Assembly: GCA_047495785.1 (NCBI GenBank)
Contig: JBLDXI010000011.1
Span: forward strand, 1,736,001 to 1,800,000
From: Lepidodermella squamata
Taxonomy: Eukaryota > Animalia > Gastrotricha
Reading direction: 5' to 3'
Length of the DNA stretch: 64,000 nt
Under the pieces are notes generated by a model that saw only the letters and a program-made list of their open reading frames with translations, searched no databases and was not told the origin of the DNA. This document shows positions 35,483 to 47,897 of this stretch, in pieces (position 1 is the stretch's first letter; each line of letters opens with the position of its first letter). Made by a program: the position numbers and the translations under genes.

Positions 35483-37347
35483 TAGAAAAAATTCAACCAA
35501 TTTTTTGAAAGCTTTTTTCTTTTGAATTTTCATTTTGTTATAAATTGCATTTCACTAGCGATGTTGTTCAAAGACCCAAGTTTTTCTGCGTATTTTTTAC
35601 TGCTCCTTTTGGGCAGCAGCAATAGATGAAACGGAATATCTTTAAGCGGTAGCAAATTTACTGTGGGCGGAACCTACTTTCCTTATTGCGGAACCAAAGT
35701 CGAAATATGCCAGGAGTCATTTTTTGAATATTTCTACGGATTTTAGGCTAAGCATGAATTTTGAACCGAACACTCCGTCTTATGGATAATAATGCGCTAA
35801 ATTCATTGGTGAATTTTCTAGAATTATTGTGGCAAATCTTGACCCGCAATAAATATCCGAAAATCGATTTCAGGCCTCGATTTGGTTCCGTTAACAGCAA
35901 ATTCGGTTCCGCTACAGCATATTTGGTTCCGCTCACCGTAAATTTGGTTCTGCTAACAGGAGAAGCATCAGAAAAAAATGAGAAAATCAAGCAAAAGCTG
36001 CATACAAAAATTAAAAGGTTGCGCCCCTGAATTTTGGCGAAAACCGAAAGAAACCAATTCTATAGACCTCTACCATATTAGAATAAGCAATGAAGGTATG
36101 TAAAAAGATTGTGATACCTGTGACCAAAATGTCATTGCCACAACGAATCGAAATCTCGAATTCAAGTTTTTCACCTGCTCCATAGGTTCAATCGCGAAAT
36201 TTTAACAGGCAATTATGCTCACAGCAGCAAAATCATAGCATGAATAATTGAATAAAAAAGCGACGCACGAAAAAAACAAAATGCACAAGAAACAATTTTG
36301 TCTTCCCATCAAAACGTGTTGCGTAATTTGTCCTGCCGAAAAAGTGACATCGGAGCATAATGAACATTTTACAACTGTCTTTAGGAGCTAATCGGGATAC
36401 AAAAAGTCCTCGGCCTTCGGCCTCGGACCCTTTTGTGTCCCTGCAAACTCGCTCCGATCATCCTCGGCCTGCGGCCTCGGATAATCGGAGCTCGATTTGA
36501 TTATCTCCTAAAGACAGTAGTATAATATGACCATTATTCAACTCGGCCGCGCCTCGTCTCAAATGATAAAATCACACCGGTTCAGGAGCTTTAATAATCA
36601 GTTCATTTTGGCAATCAATATTATCACTGAAAATTGTTTCGCCCTAAAAATTCATCTTCCAGACAGAGTGCGTAAAAACCCAACATCTTTTACCATGCGA
36701 CATATAACATGCGAGTAAAGAAGTACTTAGGCCCGTGCTCAGAAATATTGAATTCTAGCTAATCAAAAACCTGCCCTTCCTCAGTAAGTTGAAAGTCAAA
36801 TTGACATTTGGACAAACAGTACGGTATAGCCTTTGAGGCAGCGGCGAAATAGCGGGCGGCCAATTGAACGCAACAAAATAGCGATATAAATTGTTGTTCG
36901 AAATTGCTGGTTAAAAATAGGGCGCTTTTTATTGAATTCAGGGCGAACAGCTCCTTGTGAATCGTGATCACAGCTGTAACTTTCTCAAACTTCAGCCTTT
37001 GAAATCACAATGTCCAATCAAACTTGTCCCACATTATAAGATAATTCTGTCCGGATGAAGTCTTGCCAAAAATCAGATCTTAGCGAATTATTAGCGGCAT
37101 TCTGGCTTGTAGGAGTTGGGACATTGCAATAATTGAAAGAGTGAGGGACAAATGGAGTTGCCGAGGCTCAGTCCGATAAACATACGCCTCTCAATGTGGT
37201 TCTAAAAACAGCAGTCGACGGTGCAGAAATTCAGCACTTTACTTTATACGTACCAACGAAACGAAAAGCTTTTTATTTTGTCCTTTTTTCCAGATAAAAC
37301 GAACGAAAATGTACAATTTGGAAGGTAAGAAAAAAGGCGCAGGCACA

Positions 37348-39630
37348 TCACGAAAAGGCGCTTGTCCGTGACAGTGCGCCACTCATAACACCGGACGGGC
37401 ACATACTGAAATTATCACAAGGAGCGGAATTATCAGACACAGCAGAAGACAGAAGACTAGTGATTAGTGGTAGGACAGCAGAGACGGAAGGAAGAGGACG
37501 GGAGAAGAAGAAACAAGGAAATAAACAGGAAGGGGAAGAAGAAAGAGGAGATTGACTAACATTGTGGGACAGGGAGCGGGCCGGGCGGCGCAGGCGAGCG
37601 TTGAGAAGGAAGACAGGCGACTTCACAGGCGGCGACGCGGAAAGCCGAACATTCTCGATGTCTTCGCGAAGCGGCAGCACAAAGCGTACGACGTTGTCGG
37701 CATAGCGGCACTGGGCGGCTTGTAAGTGCGAGGACAGACTGGGCAGGCGACAGCGCTGCTCCAGCGCACTAACACGAACACGATCATCGAGACGGACATG
37801 GAGAATGGCGCGCAGACAGTTATTCTGAAGCACGTCTAGGCGGCGGAGCTGTGTCTTCGCAGCAGACGCAAAGGAAACGAAGCCGAAGGTGGCGATGGAA
37901 CGGACGAGCGCCAGGTAGGCGGTGCGGCGCCACCGGAAAGACAGCCCTGGCCGGCTAACAACCGAGCGGAACCACGACAGATTTTTCCCACATCGATGGA
38001 GCACATGGTCGATATGGGGCTTCCAGGTCAACTTCTCATCGGACAGAATGCCCAGAATTCGAAGTACAGAGACTTGCGGGATGACAGTGCCTCCAAGCAC
38101 CAGCCTCACACCGGGGGGACGACGGGAGAATGCGACAACCTCACTCTTTGCGGCGTTGAATTGCTGCCGCCACAGGCAGGCCCAAGCGGCGACGCGATCG
38201 ACTTCCGCCTGAGCACACATCTCAGCTTCGGGGAACGAGGCACCAGAACCGACAACCGTCAGGTCATCAGCGTAGGCATCCAAGTCACAGCCAGGGGCAC
38301 TGGGGGTCCCGAGAAGATCGCTAGTGTAGATGACATAGAGTAGGGGCGACAGCGGGGAACCTTGCGGGACGCCGCACTGCAGCTGGACCTGTCTGCTCAG
38401 AAAACCCGCAACGCGAGCTTGCAACTTTCGATCTCGAAGATAGTCGGCGAGCCATCCGACCAGGTTACGCGGGAGGGGCAACTGGCCAAGCTTGTAGACG
38501 AGACCGGCATGCCAGACCGAGTCGTATGCGGCCTTGACATCCAGGCCGACAACTACCACCTTGCGCTTATCCACTCGAGCCTTGTGCACCCTGTGGGCTA
38601 CGCGGACAGGGACGTCCACCGCAGACCGGTGCTCACGAAACGCGAATTGATTATCCGGCAATAGATGTTGGTCTTCCAGCACCTGGCTCACCCAGCGGGC
38701 GATGATTGCCTCGAGAATCTTGCCGTCAGTAGGGAGTAACGAAATAGGCCGCTGCGAGGACACCGCAGCCCTTGGCTTACCGGACTTCGGCACCGCCACA
38801 GCCACGGCTTCCTTCCAATCAGGCAAGGCGAAACCACTTCCGAGACACATGTTGTACAGCCGCCTAAGGTGAATCTGCAGGGGAACACCGCCCCACTTGT
38901 AGTAGACATTGCCGATGCCATTGAGTCCAGGTGCCTTGAAAGGCTGCAGCCGATCGATCTCACGCGCTAGCATCCGTTGGCTGACGCTAAAGTCCTGAGG
39001 CCCAGGAAGCCGAATCACACCGACTGGCTGCAAGGCCGGGTCATTGGCCATCGCATGTTCCAGCTCGAGCCACCGCTGACGCGTTGTCGCATCGGCGGCC
39101 GGATCACAGTAGGGATACATCGGGGCGATAAAGTGGGTGAGTAGCTTGTCGGCCAGAGTCACGGACGGGTGGAGTCAGGGAGCATCATGGGCCCGCACGT
39201 GCGGGGCTGCTGGTGCCGGTCAAGTTGGCGCAGGCGCACCCAAGCTTCTCGGTAACGAAGTTGTCCAGATAGCGCTTCGACCTGCCGCAGATTGGCCACG
39301 TCACGACGAAAGGCGTGCCGCTCCTTCGCATCTCGGAACGCAACGTCCAGACGCCGCGGTTCGGCAGCAAGAACGGGGTCAACATGTCCACGGATCGCCC
39401 GCTCCAGTACTCGCTTCTGCTTAAGAAGGACTCGCATCTCGGAAGACAGAGAAATCTTTTTTAATTCGCTACGGTCGCAGAGGGGAACATGAAGCCGACG
39501 CGCCTCAGCCAGAGAAGCGTTAATAGCGCGGCGATAAGTAGTCAGGCGGGCTTGCGGATCGCCAACCTGAGGAAGAGCAATAGCGGCGAGTAGCGTCCAG
39601 AGCGTGCGTTGGTAGCCATGGCGATCGCCA
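37348..39630 (-). mobile_element. 5'-truncated non-LTR retrotransposon (Jockey-like) reverse transcriptase
   Basis: KAPGLNG, QRPISLL, LDVKAAYDSVWH, GVPQGSPLSPLLY, AYADD and a C-terminal LQNNCLRAIL...LPSL. Frameshift near 39160 relative to the second copy. GC-rich. Confidence 0.93.
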
Positions 39631-39743
39631 ATTTTCGCGGCAATCTTGAATTCGCGAGCCGAGGTCGTCACGAAAATTCGCGAAAATGAAATTATAGCGA
39701 AAATGTTTTAAATAATTAAACTTTAAATTATTTTATAACGTAT

Positions 39744-40738
39744 TACCGCGCTTTGAGTTCCATGCCACCATGAAGGTAAATATGGTTTTTACCCCTTTTA
39801 AATTACCTCGATTATAGTGGCACCTAATGTTTTGCATTGAAATTTAATCTGGCATGTCACAATAAACTGGGCGTAGTGATATGCCCCTGTGAAGTAACAT
39901 GAAACCATCGAACTAATATTTTCTTTTCGCGAACCATTTTTACTTAAACCATCGGAACCATCGAAATATAATTTTTATTCTATATTCATCGGAAATTCGT
40001 ATTCAAGTTAATATTTGAATATTATGCCTACGATTTAAGTCATCGTAAATTCACGAATGATGAACGAGTTGCGGGAGTGTATCATGTTAGCGTCCAAATT
40101 GAAAAGTAAGCATGACCACGGCTAGCTCGGCCCCGCCCACGGCCTCGAACACGAATGCTATCAGTTGGCTCTTCTTGTAGAATAGCGTCCACGGCAAGGC
40201 TTCGAGCCATCAACATTTGTATGGTAATTTGCTGAGGTTGGGATTCTCGCTAAAAATTCAAAAAATCTAGCATCTTTGTGCCAACTCGGATCGATAAGAC
40301 GTCTCATGGTCTCAAGAAGTTCTTTCTTGTCTCTTAAGAAGGATGGGAGCCTCATAGAAGTAAAATATTGATTTTAATTTGTCATTGGTCTTTCTTGCAT
40401 AATATACAGTGAAACCCCGGTTCTACGCCGATTGCGGGGGGCAACGGAAAACCTGGCGTAAAATCCGAATTTGCGAATCGAAGACTGAAAGTAAAGGAAA
40501 CCAGGTCGAGCGCATTCCGACAGGTTAAGCTAGTGTTCCAATAAATTAAATCATGTTCCGATGTAATAATGCAGTAAAATGACTTTCCGATGGTTTAATT
40601 TAGTTTTCACCCGTTTTATATATTTCCGATATATTTTAAGTAAAAATGGTTCGCGGAAAGAAATTGTTAGTTCGATGGAATGATGTAGACCCGCCACTGT
40701 AAACCGAGCTGTATTGGCATGACACTCAAAGGGTGGTA
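39744..40738. mobile_element. Degenerate TIR element
   Basis: taccgcgctttgagttccatgcca / tggcatgacactcaaagggtggta, plus an internal inverted match cgcgaaccatttttactt / aagtaaaaatggttcgcg. Confidence 0.55.
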
Positions 40739-41219
40739 ACACGGTGTATTATTAAAAAATTCGTTAAGTTTTGCCACGAATGAGGCCACGTTGCCATGAA
40801 TGTGTAGCTAAATACACCAGTCGAAGGTGTGGAAGTTGAACTTTAAATTGAATAATTGAATACTGTAAATGAAAATGAAATAAAATAAAAATGATATTAT
40901 TGCTTCATTCCCCGCGACTGAGCGTCTATACCCTTTCGGGTTTTTAGGAAGGCGAAGGCAAGGCAAACCAAAAGAATTAGTCACCCGACCCCACGTCCGA
41001 GTACGTGTAAACGTAGTGATAATTCTAAATTCGTGGCCGATCGATTTCGGCATTTTGCCTTTGATGACAAACCGCGATAACTGCGAAAGTTATAAATCTA
41101 CACAAAACATGCGATAGTTATAAATAACGTCCACTGTATTGAACTTTATTTCATTTTATTTACAATCCAACGTTTATTCTCAAATAAAAGCTTAAGTTTT
41201 CTTGTTTCTCGAATACCAG

Positions 41220-41866
41220 TCAACTTACCAGCTGTGTTCAATGACAACCCAGGGGAGTGCTAGTCCACCTGCTGGCGTATCTCAAACTGTCAAGTTCTGC
41301 CACAATGTCGCAGGAGCTTCGTGTAGTCAGTATCTGACATTATCACCTCCTGCATCGGTAATTGTTTAATTAGCTCCCCGAAACACGGCATTTTATATCG
41401 ATCTATTTGGCTATAGATTTCTAGCGACTCACCCAACACTTTCAGCACATTTGCTGCATGCTGCACAGCCACACAGACGCCTGTTAATGTTGCCTTCATC
41501 AAATACGAAGTCCTCCCGCAGGCCACCGGTACCCCCGGTATATTGACTTGTATCGGTGGAACTGATGCAAATCCTTACAAAATAACAGCTGCAAATACTG
41601 TATCGACTTCTGGCTCCTGCGTTCGTTTCCCACATTCAGCTAAAACAATCACTAGCGTATTTGTATCTAGCGGATTGGTGAGCAAGCGCTTTGCTCTTAA
41701 TAGTTTATAATTGATTGATATATGCAATATGCAGACAGGAGTCACCACATTTGCCCACTCAACCTTCGCGAGTTGCTGCCTAGCTCTCGGTGCAACGGGT
41801 ACGAAAAGCGTCGGCACAGCCACCGTATATGGTGTTCAGCTAGAATCATGCGACGGTTCAAACTAA
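41220..41866 (+). CDS. B4: exons 2-4 intact, no exon 1 found
   Basis: Exons 41220-41357, 41417-41677 and 41735-41866 are open with canonical splice sites. Closest to B3. Confidence 0.7.
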
Positions 41867-43143
41867 ACCTATTCAGCACCTATTCATATTCTATGAAAGG
41901 GCTCCAGCTATATTCACTGAATGAAACAAAAAATGATTCTATTTTTTATTTTCGTCCTGCTGTGTAAGCATTTTGTGACCTGCTTTCGCTCAAAATTTAC
42001 CAAACGATTCGCATAAATACAAATTTCAGCCTGAATTCGATGCGATTCCTAACAATAATGAGATCAGAGAACGCTGATACTCAGAGGGGGACTTCATAAC
42101 ACCGGGTCCGACGTTGCTAATGGCTGCCGTCTGCCGTTGGCGGGTTCAGGTAATGATCCCAACTATAACCAGAGCTCCATCTGATGAATGACAACCGCCT
42201 GGGAAAATGAATATAGCAGCCGAGAACTGAACCCAGGCTACCGAGCAGCTTGCAAACCATTGAAACTTCTCAAGTCGCTCACTACTCCCTCGAGCAATAG
42301 ATTTTTATCGGTAGATTTTGAGATTTCCTGGAAAGCGTTTTCGTCCTCGTTTTGAGTACGCCTGGCACGGGATCGAGCAGAAAACGGCCAGGGCGTACAT
42401 TTTGTACCCCTCGGAGTAGATCGAGAACAGTAGACCGAAAATCACAAAAGCCTATCTTAAGGTTTGGTCGAAAACCCAAAGTTCCGAAGCTTTGGAAACC
42501 GGATTCCGATGCGGAAATTACCATCATCGTCGAGGTCGTATTGTCGCGCTCAATCTCCAGTTTCCATGGCCGTATGTTCAGCTATGATGCGAGAGCAAAG
42601 ATTTAGATTAAACGATATAATTATATCAGAGTATCAAGCCTTTGAGGTTGCGATGATGATCCACCACCTGAGGAGTCAACGACGCTGGTAATTAACGAAA
42701 AAAGCACGACAGGAGGCTAAGGCTGCCGTAAGTAAAGCGCTGACTGAAAACAAAGGAAAATACAGGATTGAAACATAGAATAACATGAACGGACCGATGA
42801 AAGGCCAAACGAATGGGAATAACAGTAGAAAGTATGGAAATCAACCGAAGACAGTATGAATGAACTACGGAAGTATTGTGAACTTCGCAGCCCCTTTATT
42901 TCATTTATTTTCGTAGCATAACATCTTGGTACTAATTGAAATCAAGCACGTTCGTTTGGCACTTGGCGGAAAACATCCGGTGTCATGCAGGCCATTGTAT
43001 ATGCTATTATTGTGTTTTACTTAGTTATCATCACCACATCATTAGTTTTAAGACGCATAGCTGTTTAAAACAGCCGCTTAGCACATCCACAGCTTAAACC
43101 TCATCACTCCAGCGTTAACTGCTCTCCTATGACAGCCACAACT

Positions 43144-44685
43144 ATGTTGCCCAGCAATAGGAATTATTTTTTAGCTTTGGTAACGGCAATTCTATCAGTA
43201 TTTTTGGAAAATATCGAAGCTTGCCCTTCGGCATCGCCTCCATCAAGCTTCGCACCATTTACCAGCCCGCCAGCATTTGCTTGCCCAACCGGTCAAATAT
43301 GCGTGCCATCCAGTAATCAGTGCTCAGACCCATCAAAGTCTTGCCAAGTAGCAACCAGTCCCTGCACAGTAAGTCACATTTGTCATGTTTATAATCGGTC
43401 CCAGATGGATATGAGGGATAGAATTCCTAAGTGTATTATTATTATTGTTCAACATTTCAGTAAATGTTCCCTTTGGAATGTTCGCAATACATACTTGGCA
43501 TGAATTTGTGCATCAGGAAGCTGGTTCCCTCCATTCCACTTATACTTCCAATATCCTATTTTTTATTATCCAAATCCTGCGACAATTAATGATACGAAGA
43601 GGGATTGAAGAAGGGAAAAGTTGAAGATTTGTGGAATATTACGGATAGCGTGATTTGCTTCTCTCTCGGCCTTGAGGCGAGGTTTTTAACCGTAAGTCGA
43701 TGAATGATGATGAAGGCATAGATCACTACCTACTACCTTCTCTATGGATGAAAGCCAATGTTTAGGATTTGATTTATTTCAATTTCAGCCGGAATATTTG
43801 ACCAAGCGAATCAAATGAAACTCACAACTGAGATCATTAGATGCTTTTTGGCATTTTCAAGCAGAAAATAGGCTTAATAGAAGTTGCAATAATAACTGTG
43901 GACCACTTGAAGAAATTATTAGGAAGAGGTCCGGCTTTGACTTTAACTGAAAAATTAAAACATATAGAGAAAGAGCAGCGATGAGCCTATTGCCTATTTA
44001 AACGTCTTCTTCGCATTTTATATGTTAAGGTTTGATTTTCTGGGTTTTTAGCAGCTAAATTTTCCACTATGCACCGGCATGACCATGGGCGGTGCAGGCG
44101 TCAGCCAGAATGTCAAATTGTGCACTTCCAACGGCCTGGCTTGCATAGCAGTTTTCGGCAACACATTCGCGGTAAGAACAACCCCAAGATTTAAAGTCAT
44201 TCATCGGAAGTTTTGCCTAGCAATCCACGGCAACGCCGAACTCATTCAGCACATTCACCGACTGCTGCGCCGCTACAACTGCTACTGCTGCCAACATTCG
44301 CTACGAGTCGATTCCGGGCATCTCACCAACTGTCGCGCCATCTATGGCCTGCATTGGAGCTGTTGATGCCTTACCTTACAAGGTAACATCTTTAAATGGC
44401 GCTAAAACTGCAAATTGTGTCCGCTTCCCGCACACGGCGAACGCCCTTACTGATGTCATCGCAGGATTTACAGTGGTATGATAGTTTATACGTAATTCAG
44501 CGAGGAAATGACAAGCTCATTCGCAGGTAACTTCCCCGGCAACTACCTACTTCTACACGTCTTTCATAGCCTGCTGCGCAGCTCTTATTGCTGGCTCATC
44601 AGGCGGCATTCCTAACGCCATTGTCATTACTACGACTACTGCGTACGGTCTCACCTTGGACCGTTGCCAATCCACCAATCCGTAG
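43144..44685 (+). CDS. B5: secreted Cys-rich protein, about 251 aa
   Basis: Exons 43144-43368 (alternative upstream ATG at 43129), 44055-44171 (TAGCAG tandem acceptor), 44221-44475 and 44527-44685. Open frame. Confidence 0.85.
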
Positions 44686-46378
44686 AGTTGAGAAATTTGT
44701 CAGTTGTCTTGTGTATTTTGATTAGATGCGTAAATAAATCAAGATTCACTTGTAATCAAAAGGTATTTAAGATAATGATTTTCAGATGCAACTGTTTTTT
44801 GATCAAATGCCTCAACGGTTGGCAACTAAGAGGTCTAAACACTCAATTATTTTAGTGTGCTGAACACAACGATTTTCGCGTATCCAAAATCGATCAAAAT
44901 GCAATTTTGTATAATCACTTATTAATCATTAATCACCGCGAGAAAACTTGGCAGGTAATTCTTCCGATCTTCCCCATAGCTTCTTACTTCTTCTTACTTG
45001 AAAAGTCGGTAAACTGCAGTTTTTATACGTCTTAAAGTCAACAGAAAAATGGAGTCTTTTATGTGCTTAAACCGTGAAAACATGAAAGTTGGGCAGCCAA
45101 TCATAACAGCAAATACCCAAACAGCAGACGCGACAAAATAGCAAACTTGTCAACTAGCAACATAACAGCAAAAACACGATGCATCACTTAAATAGATAGT
45201 TTTCGCCGTTTTTGTTGTAAAATAAAACAATTGCTATTTGCTGTTCTGCGCAGTTGCTGTTTTGTCGCCGTACCGAAAGTTGCAATGCCCCATTTTCAAT
45301 TTAGCGAATTAACGAGCTGGAGATGATTTTACGAGCCGTTGCCATGTTTACTCCCAGCTCTTCAAATGTCCTTTGATCTAAAGTTCTTGGACACAATGCA
45401 ATTTGAAAGCATATGTATTTACGCAAATGAAAATGCACTTTCAGATTTCAGACTCAAGGTGCCTAATATGCGCGTGGTAATGATAGATTTGATTCCGTTA
45501 CAAAACCTATCAATTAAATCGAGGCCTTCGAAAATAGAGATTCTTGACATTCTTGACAGCAGCATTTACGGACTCGCTCAAGTATACGAGAAGGCTGCAT
45601 TCTCGCGACTTCATGGAACAGGTGAAAATGCAAAAGCCTGCCTTTCTAGCATTCAGGTTCAACCGGCTGCCTCAACACTCAGATCCTATTTCGCGCACTG
45701 ACTCCTACCTTTATCAATCTGTCACGCATAAAATGTGTCAAACAGAAGTTAGAAATGGTTTCATTATAGAGATCAGTACGGCTTGAAAAACGAGGCCCCT
45801 TTTATTATTACTTGCCAACAGCATCCTGCAATGCAGCCGGTGCTTTCTTGTCAAGTCACTTCCAAATGATGGCAGCCAGGTTGTTGGTTAATGAACTGTT
45901 AATGGTCTTGAGGGTGGATGCTTACTGGCAAGAGCTAAAGCTAAGATATAAGACAAGGGCAAACTTCGTCACCGGTCAACGGGCTCAAGGGTCCTAGGTC
46001 CTAGGTCCTAGGCTCATTATCCTTATATCGGAGTCTGAGGTCCTGAGCAATATCATCAAGGAAATCAATGATAAATTTGGCAATGCGGCGGATGCTCGCT
46101 ACTCGCTGCATGAGCAAAGGATTGTTACCAAAATCAGGTTCAACGTTCAAAACACAGGGGCTAGACGCCAATGCCAACAGGTTTCCAGACATAATTAAAG
46201 ATGTTCAGTTTTTATCACGATAGACTTGCTTGACTAGTTATCATGATAATTATTTGTATATTACATTCAAAGCTGCTCAATTGTATGAAACAAAAAAAAC
46301 TAGTAGGCCGCATCTACAGGTGACAATTCCCGGCAGTGTTAACAACTCTGCATGCATAAAGCATAAACAAATAATAAT

Positions 46379-47387
46379 ATGTTGTCCAGCAATTGCAGCC
46401 GTTTGATTTTTTTGATTTCATCACTGCTTTTTGAGGCTGGAGACACTTGCCCTTCGTCATCGACTCCATCAAAATTTGAACCTTTTACCTACCCGCCTAT
46501 ATTTGCTTGCCCAAGCAGTCAGATTTGCGCGCCAGTCAGTAACCCGTGTTTGGAAGCATCGAAATCTTGTCAGCTAACACCTACTGTAAGCCAGATTTTA
46601 AGACAGATAAGTACCAGATGTTTAGCATTTGGGTTTTGGATGAAAATTTCTGCTCAGTAAACATGCAAAATAGATTACATTTGTCATCCAACATTCATAT
46701 TATCTCTCTAAATCCCATGTTTTGCAGCCAGCCTTTCAACTATGCACTGGCGCGACCTTCGGCGGCGAAGGAATCAGCCAGAATGTCAAGTTGTGCACTT
46801 CCAACGGTCTGGCATGTACAATAGTTTTCGGCAGCACATTCACGGTAAGAACAACGTCAAGGTTCATAATCATTTATCGGAAGTTTTGCCTAGCAAGCCG
46901 CGGCAACGCCAACTTCACCGAACTCTTTCATCACGTTCGCCGACTGCTGCAACGCTGCAGCCCCAGCTAGTCCGTATGCCGCCAACATTCGTTATGAACT
47001 GATTCCAGGCATCTCGTCATTTATCGTGCCATCTATCGCATGCATCGGAACGGCTGATGCCCTGCCGTACAAGATTACAACGCCTTCTTATTACACGAAA
47101 ATTGGCAACTGCGTCCGCTTCCCGCATACGGCCAGCGCCTTAACCGATATACCAGCAGCTTTTCCCTGGGTGGTGAGAGCATTTTTCATAAATCATTTTT
47201 GCAAGTAAACTGACATGTTTCATCGTAGCTAACGAACCCTGCAGCTACTTACGCGTACACTTCGTTCAGAGACTGCTGCGCTGCTCTTGCTTGGAACTAT
47301 TATTGTTGCTATCCGAACGTTTTGGTTTCGGCTGTGACTACTGCTTACGGTCTCACCTTGGAACGGTGTCAAGCTATAACGCCATAA
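46379..47387 (+). CDS. B6: secreted Cys-rich protein, about 253 aa
   Basis: Exons 46379-46585, 46728-46844, 46894-47172 and 47229-47387. Open frame with an extra CC in WNYYCCY. Confidence 0.85.
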
Positions 47388-47897
47388 TGAAAGGTTAATC
47401 AGTGTCAATTGTTCGTCAGTTTAGACTCAATTTTGGTCATACTCGATGCGCAAATAAATTTAGTAAGGTGGTGCTAACGTAATAAAGTAACTATTACAGG
47501 CCACTTTTTCTGAAATTTGGATTTTATTAAGCTTACAGTGATTTTATATCGATTATTTGATGCTGAGAGTTATCCGTGTGGTTTAGGTTTTCAAGAAAAC
47601 ATCAGCGCGTGGAAGTGCCATCAAATCTAACAATTGAAATCCTGAATTTCAGCATCATTTTAAGATCGCCCAATATACCCCTCGAATATTTTATTGTCTT
47701 GTTCACATTCATTTTTCACCACTATCCAGCCTACTTCGCGCCTTGTGAAACTTGACCCTTTGGCTGAAAAAACTTTCCGGTCTGCTCAAGCACCTTATAG
47801 GCACCTTTCTTCAAACGAAGGAAAATGGCAGTAGCTGTCACGTTATAAGAAATATTTCTTATAGAGCGTAAAGCTTTCAGTGTGTTAAATGTATATA

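Noticed and set aside
45339-46192. ORFs 45339..45701 and 46001..46192, also 15966..16944
   Set aside because: No recognisable motifs, paralogues or gene structure; probably decayed transposon sequence.
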